From Nemertoderma westbladi (lineage: Eukaryota > Animalia > Xenacoelomorpha), in NCBI GenBank assembly GCA_032718475.1, contig JAUCBJ010000607.1, positions 1 to 64,000 on the forward strand: a DNA stretch of 64,000 nucleotides. The letters are read 5' to 3'. Below, piece after piece: positions 12,848 through 23,700 of the stretch. Position numbers and translations under genes: made by a program. Position 1 is the stretch's first letter; each line of letters opens with the position of its first letter. The notes below the pieces were generated by a model. It was not told the DNA's origin and searched no databases. It saw nothing but the letters and a program-made list of their open reading frames with translations.

Positions 12848-15181
12848 ATGTCAACTGACGGCACAGAAGATGAGCTGAGAAGGTTAAAGGCCAGTAGAAG
12901 AGGGTACAAAAGTAACTGTACACGAACAGAAGCTGTATTACGGTCTGAGATTACTGCCTTTGAAGACTTAGACCACGACAGACAAGGAAATGTTGAAGTG
13001 GAAGCGCTAGATACTGCACTTAACCTTTTCTTGAAGGCTGTTGAAAGGTATGCCGCATGTCATGACGAAATCGTCGGTCTTGATGAACAAGAGGATGACG
13101 CCACTGAAAGGTATGTAACAAACTTACAAAAACTAACAATATACTTCCAGAAGTACATCGGTAACAAGCGGGAAGAGCTAAAGGCTCGCCTACCAATGAC
13201 GAGTGCCGCACAAGTAATGGGTAAGCCAAGACCCCGCCAGATGGACACCCCTGTCCTAAGATCACCAGCAGGTCTCACATTGACCGATTTCGAGGACTGG
13301 CAACAGCGATGGCATGACTTCGCCGCAGGCACCAGGTTAAATGATGCAGACATAGACGCCCGGAGGGGAGTCTTAAGGTCGGCTTTGGACCCTGAGTGGA
13401 CAAAGCTATGGGCTGAAGGTATAATTGTGATAGGGCCACGTGACGACACCAATTATATCCTGAAATGCATGCGTAATTATCTACGTGGTGAACGACATGA
13501 GTTATTAGATAGAGTTGCTTTCGTGCAGAGAAAGCAACAGCCAGGTGAAAACATAACACAGTTTTACATGGCGCTTCAAGCTCTAGATAGGGCGTGCGAT
13601 GTAAAAGAAATATGTGATAAAGCTGACATACATCGACATGATCGCCTATTAACACAATTCATGGCAGGCCTAAGAGAGTCTAAACTTCGCCAAGAGGTGC
13701 TCAAGACACCAATGAACTGTCTAACAATGGCAGATGTTCTCGCGACAACCAGAGCACTCGAGGCTAGTCAGTCTGTAGATATGGCGCTAGAGAAGCCAGG
13801 CGTGTTATATAATCCAGTAGCTTCTATGTCTATTTCAGATACCGAAAAAGTGAATGGGGAATTGTTATGTGCAGTCAAAAGATCGGCATACAAATCACAA
13901 ATGCAGCAGATAGTAAGGGACTCTCCTGGCATTTCATGTCAGAATTGCGGACGTCCACATGGTAAAGATAAATGTTTCGCAAAAAATGTTGATTGTTTTA
14001 ACTGCGGCAAAAGGGGCCATCTTATAAAGATGTGTCGTGTCAATAAAAAACCGGCCAGTAGGCAACCGGTTAACAGTATTGACGTTAAAAGCATCGAAAT
14101 ATCTACTGTTTACGATAATAATGAGACTAAGCTCATCACACTATACACAACCAATACCGAAAATAGCAGACGCAGTGGTAGCAGACAATGGTTAGCAGAC
14201 ACAGGAGCAAAACGCAATGCTATCAGCCTTCAAGATCTCGCCAAATTGGGAAATAATGATGCTGGGGGGCTTATGATGATTCCCGATAGCAATATGCTTA
14301 TCGGCCCAGATGCAAAGCCGTTAGAGTCTCATGGAAAGGTTAAGCTTACACTGAGACTTGGTGAGAAAGAATACCAATGCAAGGCACATGTGCTGGATTA
14401 TACAAATAATCCAATATTAAGTTATGAAGGGTGCGTTATTCTAGGCCTCATACCTCAAGGATGGCCACAAGCCAGATGTGATGGCAGTTGTAAAGCAAGT
14501 GTGTCTTCGTTGTCATTGATACCTATGGCGTCAGGCAATAATGTCAAGACAGCCACGGAGTCAGATTCCAATAATAACAGTAAAGATGATGCAATGAAAC
14601 GAAAGGTTACTGCTATGAAGGAAGCACTCATACATGATTTCCCAGACGTTTTTGCGGATGAAGGTCCACTGAGACCCATGAGTGGGCCGCCTATGGATAT
14701 TATATTAGAAGATGGGGCAATTCCAGTAAAAAAATTTAAACCATATAACGTTCCCATCCATTGGGAGGATAAGGTGAAAGAAACGCTGGAAAAGATGAGG
14801 AGAAACGGCATCACGAGGAAGGTACCAATAACAGAGGTCACCAATTGGATACATCCAATGGTGGTAACACCTAAAAAGAACTCATCAGAGCCAAGAATAA
14901 CAGTAGATTTCACAGCTTTGAATAAGTATGTAAAAAGGCCAGTGCACCCATCGAAAGTACCCAAAAATGAAGTAGCCAAAATTCCTAATGGTATGACTAT
15001 TTTTACTACAATGGATTCACGACATGGGTATTGGCAAGTTCCGCTTACTGATAGTGCACGAGATATGACTACTTTCATCACACCATGGGGCAGAGAACAA
15101 TTTCTCAGAAACCCCATGGGATTGTCTAGTGCCGGTGATGAGCACGATAGCAGAGGCGACACTGCCATGGAAGGCCTTTGA
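12848..15181 (+). CDS. gag-pol: Gypsy Gag-protease-RT (N-terminal part)
   Basis: Two zinc knuckles CQNCGRPHGKDKC and CFNCGKRGHLIKMC; protease LADTGA; RT motifs PRITVDFTALNK, DSRHGYWQVPL, TTFITPWG, PMGL. Confidence 0.9.
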   Translation: MSTDGTEDELRRLKASRRGYKSNCTRTEAVLRSEITAFEDLDHDRQGNVEVEALDTALNLFLKAVERYAACHDEIVGLDEQEDDATERYVTNLQKLTIYFQKYIGNKREELKARLPMTSAAQVMGKPRPRQMDTPVLRSPAGLTLTDFEDWQQRWHDFAAGTRLNDADIDARRGVLRSALDPEWTKLWAEGIIVIGPRDDTNYILKCMRNYLRGERHELLDRVAFVQRKQQPGENITQFYMALQALDRACDVKEICDKADIHRHDRLLTQFMAGLRESKLRQEVLKTPMNCLTMADVLATTRALEASQSVDMALEKPGVLYNPVASMSISDTEKVNGELLCAVKRSAYKSQMQQIVRDSPGISCQNCGRPHGKDKCFAKNVDCFNCGKRGHLIKMCRVNKKPASRQPVNSIDVKSIEISTVYDNNETKLITLYTTNTENSRRSGSRQWLADTGAKRNAISLQDLAKLGNNDAGGLMMIPDSNMLIGPDAKPLESHGKVKLTLRLGEKEYQCKAHVLDYTNNPILSYEGCVILGLIPQGWPQARCDGSCKASVSSLSLIPMASGNNVKTATESDSNNNSKDDAMKRKVTAMKEALIHDFPDVFADEGPLRPMSGPPMDIILEDGAIPVKKFKPYNVPIHWEDKVKETLEKMRRNGITRKVPITEVTNWIHPMVVTPKKNSSEPRITVDFTALNKYVKRPVHPSKVPKNEVAKIPNGMTIFTTMDSRHGYWQVPLTDSARDMTTFITPWGREQFLRNPMGLSSAGDEHDSRGDTAMEGL

Positions 15182-17477
15182 TAATTTTAAGAAGGTGGTT
15201 GAAGATGTCATCGTATATGACACCAACATAGATGATCATGAACGGAGGGTGCGTTCTATCTTACAACGTTTTAATGACAATGGTATAACGCTTAGTAAGC
15301 GCAAATTCATGTTTGGGCAACCTGAAGTAGAATGGTGCGGTTATGTTGTCAATCAAAATGGTTATAGTGTTAACCCTTCCCTGACAAGTGCACTCAGAAA
15401 CTTCCCAGAGCCGAAGTCAACAACTGATGTGAGATCATTCTGTGGCCTTATCCAACAATTTCAGGCCTTCACACCAGACTTGGCACAAGCAGCAGAACCT
15501 CTTATGGCTCTAACCTCGCATAAGACCCGGTTTATATGGGAAGCAGACCAAAGAAAGGCTTTTAAATCAATAATAGAGATCCTTATGTCCCCTAGAGTAC
15601 TCACTAACTTCATACCTGACGCTCCACTACGGTTAGAAACTGATGCAGCCCAATCAAAAGGTCTAGGATTTGCACTATGGCAACAAGACAAAGCAGGTAT
15701 ATGGAAGCTACTGCAGTGCGGTTCTAGAACATTGACGACAACTGAATCGAGATACTCAGCTACTGAAATAGAACTCCTTGGCGTAGTATGGGCCACTCAC
15801 AAGAGCAAATTATTTCTTCAGGGGGCTCATTTTGAGCTCATTGTAGACCATAAACCTCTCATATCCATCATTAATGGAAAAACATTAGACCAAATCGAGA
15901 CACCACGAATCATTCGTTTAAAAGAAAAGCTTGCCTGCTACAGACCTTCTGCTATATGGAGACAAGGAATTACACATACAGTAGTAGACACATTTTCTAG
16001 GTTCCCAGTTTCACATCCAACGACAGAAGATGAACAAGGTGAGACCGAAATAGAAGAGTTCGCTCACACCTCGTTGTTAAGCGCAGCACACAGCCTTAAT
16101 ACAGTAAATGTCTCTCCACCCACGACAAACACCAAGGGTGTAGGCTGGGAAAAGGTTAAACAAGAGGCAAATCGTGACCCAGCTTATTTTGAACTTCGTA
16201 AGCTAATCGCTTCAGGATTTCCACCCACCAAACACATGGTTAGTGAAATGTTAAGACCATATTGGAATTTTCGTAATGGGCTATCAATTGTTGACAATGT
16301 GGTCATGTATGCAGAGAATCGCATTGTTATACCCGTAGCCATGCGTAAAGTTGTTTTAAAAGAATTGCATGCAGCACACCAAGGGCGTGACAGAGCCCTC
16401 AGAAGGGCACGGATGTGCGTCTTTTGGCCTGGCATCAGCAATGACATAGGGACATTAGTTTCGGAGTGTAATGAGTGCGAGGTCCATAAAGCTAGTAATC
16501 GGAAGGAACCTATGATGGCTGATGTGCGACCCACAAGGCCTGGTGAATCAATAGCGGCTGATTTCTTCGCCCATGCTGCTAAAGAATATCTAGTTATCAC
16601 CGATAAATACTCAGGATGGCCTGATGTTTTCGAATGTGGGCACGGTGGGGTTGACACCTATACTACTAAGAAGAAATTCAGAGTTTGGTTTACAAATATG
16701 GGCATTCCTGATAGGCTCACAACGGATGGGGGGCCACAATTTAGAACTGAATTTAAAAACTTTTGTCAAGAATGGGGAATTAACCATCAACCATCTTCAC
16801 CATACAACCATGAATCCAATGGATACGCAGAAGCGGCAGTAAGATGTATCAAAGATTTGGTTGTAAAGGTATGTCCAAAGGGCGATATTTCGACAGATGA
16901 ATTCGCAAACGCGTTACTGGAATACAGAAACACACCCCGTGCCGATGGTCTCAGCCCGGCTCAGCGGGTCATAGGAAGGCAGTTGAGAAGTAAGTTGCCA
17001 ACGTCTGCAACATCATTCAAAAATGTAGATGAACATGATATACAATTTGCCAATGTTAAAGCCGCACATAATCAGAGAATCTCAAAGGAATTGTATGACA
17101 GAGGTACTCGTGAAATAACCAATTTCACACAAGGAGACCGGGTCAGAATTCAGCACCACCAGACGAAGAAATGGGACCTGAAAGGTACTATTATCAAGGA
17201 TTGTTCAAGGAACCGCAGTTACCTAATTGCTGCTGACAATGGACGAGAGTACTGGAGAAACCGCCGCTTCCTTCGCCTTCTTAGCGATGGAGAACCAGAA
17301 AACCACAGAGAACCAGAGAACAAGGAGGAAGTAGTCCAACAAGGTGGTAATAGTATAGATCACGATCAGAAGCAATACAGCGACAATGATCATGATGACA
17401 TCGACGGTGATGGCGTTTGGACTTATGTAAGACGCAGCAAGCGTGATAAAAAAAAACCCGATAGACTAATGTTATGA
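15129..17477 (+). CDS. pol: Gypsy RT (C-terminal part), RNase H and integrase; joined to the upstream ORF by a +1 shift at ~15177
   Basis: VVEDVIVY at the catalytic position; RNase H ETDAA..YSATEIELLG..DHKPL; integrase H-x3-H/C-x2-C, AADFF, TDGGPQF, SNGYAEAAV. Confidence 0.9.
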   Translation: MPVMSTIAEATLPWKAFDNFKKVVEDVIVYDTNIDDHERRVRSILQRFNDNGITLSKRKFMFGQPEVEWCGYVVNQNGYSVNPSLTSALRNFPEPKSTTDVRSFCGLIQQFQAFTPDLAQAAEPLMALTSHKTRFIWEADQRKAFKSIIEILMSPRVLTNFIPDAPLRLETDAAQSKGLGFALWQQDKAGIWKLLQCGSRTLTTTESRYSATEIELLGVVWATHKSKLFLQGAHFELIVDHKPLISIINGKTLDQIETPRIIRLKEKLACYRPSAIWRQGITHTVVDTFSRFPVSHPTTEDEQGETEIEEFAHTSLLSAAHSLNTVNVSPPTTNTKGVGWEKVKQEANRDPAYFELRKLIASGFPPTKHMVSEMLRPYWNFRNGLSIVDNVVMYAENRIVIPVAMRKVVLKELHAAHQGRDRALRRARMCVFWPGISNDIGTLVSECNECEVHKASNRKEPMMADVRPTRPGESIAADFFAHAAKEYLVITDKYSGWPDVFECGHGGVDTYTTKKKFRVWFTNMGIPDRLTTDGGPQFRTEFKNFCQEWGINHQPSSPYNHESNGYAEAAVRCIKDLVVKVCPKGDISTDEFANALLEYRNTPRADGLSPAQRVIGRQLRSKLPTSATSFKNVDEHDIQFANVKAAHNQRISKELYDRGTREITNFTQGDRVRIQHHQTKKWDLKGTIIKDCSRNRSYLIAADNGREYWRNRRFLRLLSDGEPENHREPENKEEVVQQGGNSIDHDQKQYSDNDHDDIDGDGVWTYVRRSKRDKKKPDRLML

Positions 17478-17784
17478 ATATATATGACTCACAAACGATA
17501 TTGATACTAAAGGACTCATAGGGGAATGGGCTCATATCGAACTAAAAAGACTTAAGGGGGGGCATGGTGTAGTATGCAATAATGCCGCATCAATATTAGT
17601 GTAAAGCACCTCATCACAATGTATGTATTCATTGTTTGCATAGTGGGATTAAGCAGATGGTGGAGGGCTATTACATCCATGTATATTATGCAATGTGTAC
17701 CTTAGATTCATTGACATTGCGTTTATATTTTATACATTATATTATTATTATATAATACCACATTATTAAACTCATTTTATACCA

Positions 17785-20700
17785 AGTTAATAGTTCAGTG
17801 TAAGTAACAATAAACTACTGTAAATATTACCCTCCATCACTGTTAGTAGAACAGGAGTCATTCACTATTGAGTTAATAGATAGTTCAGTGTAAGTAACAA
17901 TAAACTACTGTAAATATTACCCTCCATCACTGTTAGTAGAACAGGAGTCATTCACTATTGAGTTAATAGTTCAGTGTAAGTAACAATAAACTACTGTAAA
18001 TATTACCCTCCGTCACTGTTAGTAGAACAGGAGTCATTCACTATTGAGTTAATAGTTCAGTGTAAGTAACAATAAACTACTGTAAATATTACCCTCCATC
18101 ACTGTTAGTAGAACAGGAGTCATTCACTATTGAGTTAATAGTTCAGTGTAAGTATCAATAAACTAGTGTAAATATTACCCTCCATCACTGTTAGTAGAAC
18201 TGGAGTCATTCACTATTGAGTTAATAGTTCAGTGTAAGTAATAATAAACTACTGTAAATATTACCTTCCATCACTGTTAGTAGAACTGGAGTCATTCACT
18301 ATTGAGTTAATAGTTCAGTGTAAGTAACAATAAACTACTGTAAATATTACCCTCCATCACTGTTAGTAGAACAGGAGTCATTCACTATTGAGTTAATAGT
18401 TCAGTGTAAGTATCAATAAACTAGTGTAAATATTACCCTCCATCACTGTTAGTAGAACAGGAGTCATTCACTATTGAGTTAATAGTTCAGTGTAAGTAAC
18501 AATAAACTACTGTAAATATTACCCTCCATCACTGTTAGTAGAACTGGAGTCATTCACTATTGAGTTAATTGTTCAGTGTAAGTAACAATAAACTACTGTA
18601 AATATTACCCTCCATCACTGTTAGTAGAACAGGAGTCATTCCCTATTGAGTTAATAGTTCAGTGTAAGTAACAATAAACTACTGTAAATATTACCCTCCA
18701 TCACTGTTAGTAGAACAGGAGTCATTCACTATTGAGTTAATAGTTCAGTGTAAGTAATAATAAACTACTGTAAATATTACCCTCCATCACTGTTAGTAGA
18801 ACAGGAGTCATTCACTATTGAGTTAATAGATAGTTCAGTGTAAGTAACAATAAACTACTGTAAATATTACCCTGCATCACTGTTAGTAGAACTGGAGTCA
18901 TTCACTATTGAGTTAATAGTTCAGTGTAAGTAATAATAAACTACTGTAAATATTACCCTCCATCACTGTTAGTAGAACTGGAGTCATTCACTATTGAGTT
19001 AATAGTTCAGTGTAAGTAACAATAAACTACTGTAAATATTACCCTCCATCACTGTTAGTAGAACAGGAGTCATTCACTATTGAGTTAATAGTTCAGTGTA
19101 AGTAATAATAAACTACTGTAAATAGTACCCTCCATCACTGTTAGTAGAACTGGAGTCATTCACTATTGAGTTAATAGTTCAGTGTAAGTAACAATAAACT
19201 ACTGTAAATATTACCCTCCATCACTGTTAGTAGAACAGGAGTCATTCACTATTGAGTTAATAGTTCAGTGTAAGTAATAATAAACTACTGTAAATATTAC
19301 CCTCCATCACTGTTAGTAGAACAGGAGTCATTCACTATTGAGTTAATAGTTCAGTGTAAGTAACAATAAACTACTGTAAATATTACCATCCATCACTGTT
19401 AGTAGAACAGGAGTCATTCACTATTGAGTTAATAGTTCAGTGTAAGTAACAATAAACTACTGTAAATATTACCCTCCATCGCTGTTAGTAGAACGGGAGG
19501 AGTCATTCACTATTGAGTTAATAGTTCAGTGTAAGTAACAATAAACTACTGTAAATATTACCATCCATCACTGTTAGTAGAACAGGAGTCATTCACTATT
19601 GAGTTAATAGTTCAGTGTAAGTAACAATAAACTACTGTAAATATTACCCTCTATCGCTGTTAGTAGAACAGGAGTCATTCACTATTGAGTTAATAGTTCA
19701 GTGTAAGTAACATTAAACTACTGTAAATATTACCCTCCATCACTGTTAGTAGAACAGGAGTCATTCACTATTGAGTTAATAGTTCAGTGTAAGTAACAAT
19801 AAACTACTGTAAATATTACCCTCCATCACTGTTAGTAGAACTGGAGTCATTCACTATTGAGTTAATAGTTCAGTGTAAGTAACAATAAACTACTGTAAAT
19901 ATTACCCTCCATCACTGTTAGTAGAACAGGAGTCATTCACTATTGAGTTAATAGTTCAGTATAAGTAACAATAAACTACTGTAAATAGTAGAACTGGAGT
20001 CATTCACTATTGAGTTAATAGTTCAGTGTAAGTAACAATAAACTACTGTAAATATTACCCTCCATCACTGTTAGTAGAACTGGAGTCATTCACTATTGAG
20101 TTAATAGTTCAGTGTAAGTAACAATAAACTACTGTAAATATTACCCTCCATCACTGTTAGTAGAACAGGAGTCATTCACTATTACTATTGAGTTAATAGT
20201 TCAGTGTAAGTAACAATAAACTACTGTAAATATGACCCTCCATCACTGTTAGTAGAACAGGAGTCATTCACTATTGAGTTAATAGTTCAGTGTAAGTAAC
20301 ATTAAACTACTGTAAATATTACCCTCCATCACTGTTAGTAGAACAGGAGTCATTCACTATTGAGTTAATAGTTCAGTGTAAGTAACAATAAACTACTGTA
20401 AATATTACCCTCCATCACTGTTAGTAGAACTGGAGTCATTCACTATTGAGTTAATAGTTCAGTGTAAGTAACAATAAACTACTGTAAATATTACCCTCCA
20501 TCACTGTTAGTAGAACAGGAGTCATTCACTATTGAGTTAATAGTTCAGTGTAAGTAACAATAAACTACTGTAAATATTACCCTCCATCACTGTTAGTAGA
20601 ACTGGAGTCATTCACTATTGAGTTAATAGTTCAGTGTAAGTAACAATAAACTACTGTAAATATTACCCTCCATCACTGTTAGTAGAACTGGAGTCATTCA

Positions 20701-23700
20701 CTATTGAGTTAATAGTTCAGTGTAAGTAACAATAAACTACTGTAAATATTACCCTCCATCACTGTTAGTAGAACTGGAGTCATTCACTATTGAGTTAATA
20801 GTTCAGTGTAAGTAACAATAAACTACTGTAAATATTACCCTCCATCACTGTTAGTAGAACTGGAGTCATTCACTATTGAGTTAATAGTTCAGTGTAAGTA
20901 ACAATAAACTACTGTAAATATTACCCTCCATCACTGTTAGTAGAACTGGAGTCATTCACTATTGAGTTAATAGTTCAGTGTAAGTAACAATAAACTACTG
21001 TAAATATTACCCTCCATCACTGTTAGTAGAACTGGAGTCATTCACTATTGAGTTAATAGTTCAGTATAAGTAACAATAAACTACTGTAAATATTACCCTC
21101 CATCACTGTTAGTAGAACTGGAGTCATTCACTATTGAGTTAATAGTTCAGTGTAAGTAACAATAAACTACTGTAAATATTACCCTCCATCACTGTTAGTA
21201 GAACTGGAGTCATTCACTATTGAGTTAATAGTTCAGTGTAAGTAACAATAAACTACTGTAAATATTACCCTCCATCACTGTTAGTAGAACTGGAGTCATT
21301 CACTATTGAGTTAATAGTTCAGTGTAAGTAACAATAAACTACTGTAAATATTACCCTCCATCACTGTTAGTAGAACTGGAGTCATTCACTATTGAGTTAA
21401 TAGTTCAGTGTAAGTAACAATAAACTACTGTAAATATTACCCTCCATCACTGTTAGTAGAACTGGAGTCATTCACTATTGAGTTAATAGTTCAGTGTAAG
21501 TAACAATAAACTACTGTAAATATTACCCTCCATCACTGTTAGTAGAACTGGAGTCATTCACTATTGAGTTAATAGTTCAGTGTAAGTAACAATAAACTAC
21601 TGTAAATATTACCCTCCATCACTGTTAGTAGAACTGGAGTCATTCACTATTGAGTTAATAGTTCAGTGTAAGTAACAATAAACTACTGTAAATATTACCC
21701 TCCATCACTGTTAGTAGAACTGGAGTCATTCACTATTGAGTTAATAGTTCAGTATAAGTAACAATAAACTACTGTAAATATTACCCTCCATCACTGTTAG
21801 TAGAACTGGAGTCATTCACTATTGAGTTAATAGTTCAGTGTAAGTAACAATAAACTACTGTAAATATTACCCTCCATCACTGTTAGTAGAACTGGAGTCA
21901 TTCACTATTGAGTTAATAGTTCAGTGTAAGTAACAATAAACTACTGTAAATATTACCCTCCATCACTGTTAGTAGAACTGGAGTCATTCACTATTGAGTT
22001 AATAGTTCAGTGTAAGTAACAATAAACTACTGTAAATATTACCCTCCATCACTGTTAGTAGAACTGGAGTCATTCACTATTGAGTTAATAGTTCAGTGTA
22101 AGTAACAATAAACTACTGTAAATATTACCCTCCATCACTGTTAGTAGAACTGGAGTCATTCACTATTGAGTTAATAGTTCAGTATAAGTAACAATAAACT
22201 ACTGTAAATATTACCCTCCATCACTGTTAGTAGAACTGGAGTCATTCACTATTGAGTTAATAGTTCAGTGTAAGTAACAATAAACTACTGTAAATATTAC
22301 CCTCCATCACTGTTAGTAGAACTGGAGTCATTCACTATTGAGTTAATAGTTCAGTGTAAGTAACAATAAACTACTGTAAATATTACCCTCCATCACTGTT
22401 AGTAGAACTGGAGTCATTCACTATTGAGTTAATAGTTCAGTGTAAGTAACAATAAACTACTGTAAATATTACCCTCCATCACTGTTAGTAGAACAGGAGT
22501 CATTCACTATTACTATTGAGTTAATAGTTCAGTGTAAGTAACAATAAACTACTGTAAATATTACCCTCCATCACTGTTAGTAGAACAGGAGTCATTCACT
22601 ATTGAGTTAATAGTTCAGTGTAAGTAACAATAAACTACTGTAAATATTACCCTCCATCACTGTTAGTAGAACAGGAGTCATTCACTATTGAGTTAATAGT
22701 TCAGTGTAAGTAACAATGAACTACTGTAAATATTACCCTCCATCACTGTTAGTAGAACAGGAGTCATTCACTATTGAATTAATAGTTCAGTGTAAGTAAC
22801 AATAAACTACTGTAAATATTACCCTCCATCACTGTTAGTAGAACAGGAGTCATTCACTATTGAGTTAATAGTTCAGTGTAAGTAACAATGAACTACTGTA
22901 AATATTACCCTCCATCACTGTTAGTAGAACAGGAGTCATTCACTATTGAGTTAATAGTTCAGTGTAAGTAATAATAAACTACTGTAAATATTACCCTCCA
23001 TCACTGTTAGTAGAACAGGAGTCATTCACTATTGAGTTAATAGATAGTTCAGTGTAAGTAACAATAAACTACTGTAAATATTACCCTGCATCACTGTTAG
23101 TAGAACTGGAGTCATTCACTATTGAGTTAATAGTTCAGTGTAAGTAATAATAAACTACTGTAAATATTACCCTCCATCACTGTTAGTAGAACTGGAGTCA
23201 TTCACTATTGAGTTAATAGTTCAGTGTAAGTAACAATAAACTACTGTAAATATTACCCTCCATCACTGTTAGTAGAACAGGAGTCATTCACTATTGAGTT
23301 AATAGTTCAGTGTAAGTAACAATAAACTACTGTAAATATTACCCTCCATCACTGTTAGTAGAACTGGAGTCATTCACTATTGAGTTAATAGTTCAGTGTA
23401 AGTAACAATAAACTACTGTAAATATTACCCTCCATCACTGTTAGTAGAACTGGAGTCATTCACTATTGAGTTAATAGTTCAGTGTAAGTAACAATAAACT
23501 ACTGTAAATATTACCCTCCATCACTGTTAGTAGAACAGGAGTCATTCACTATTGAGTTAATAGTTCAGTGTAAGTAACAATAAACTACTGTAAATATTAC
23601 CCTCCATCACTGTTAGTAGAACTGGAGTCATTCACTATTGAGTTAATAGTTCAGTGTAAGTAACAATAAACTACTGTAAATATTACCCTCCATCACTGTT

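Larger units (their letters stand above)
12511..17784 (+). mobile_element. Full-length Ty3/Gypsy LTR retrotransposon (Mag-like), recent insertion
   Basis: 220-bp LTRs at 12511-12730 and 17565-17784 (TG..CA, identical by eye); 5-bp TSD AGTTA; PBS TGGCGCAG.. at 12731; polypurine tract at ~17554-17562; domain order PR-RT-RH-IN. Confidence 0.95.

Noticed and set aside
12833-17477. Both Gypsy ORFs being exactly 782 aa
   Set aside because: Coincidence of ORF-caller start choices; they are two halves of one frameshifted polyprotein
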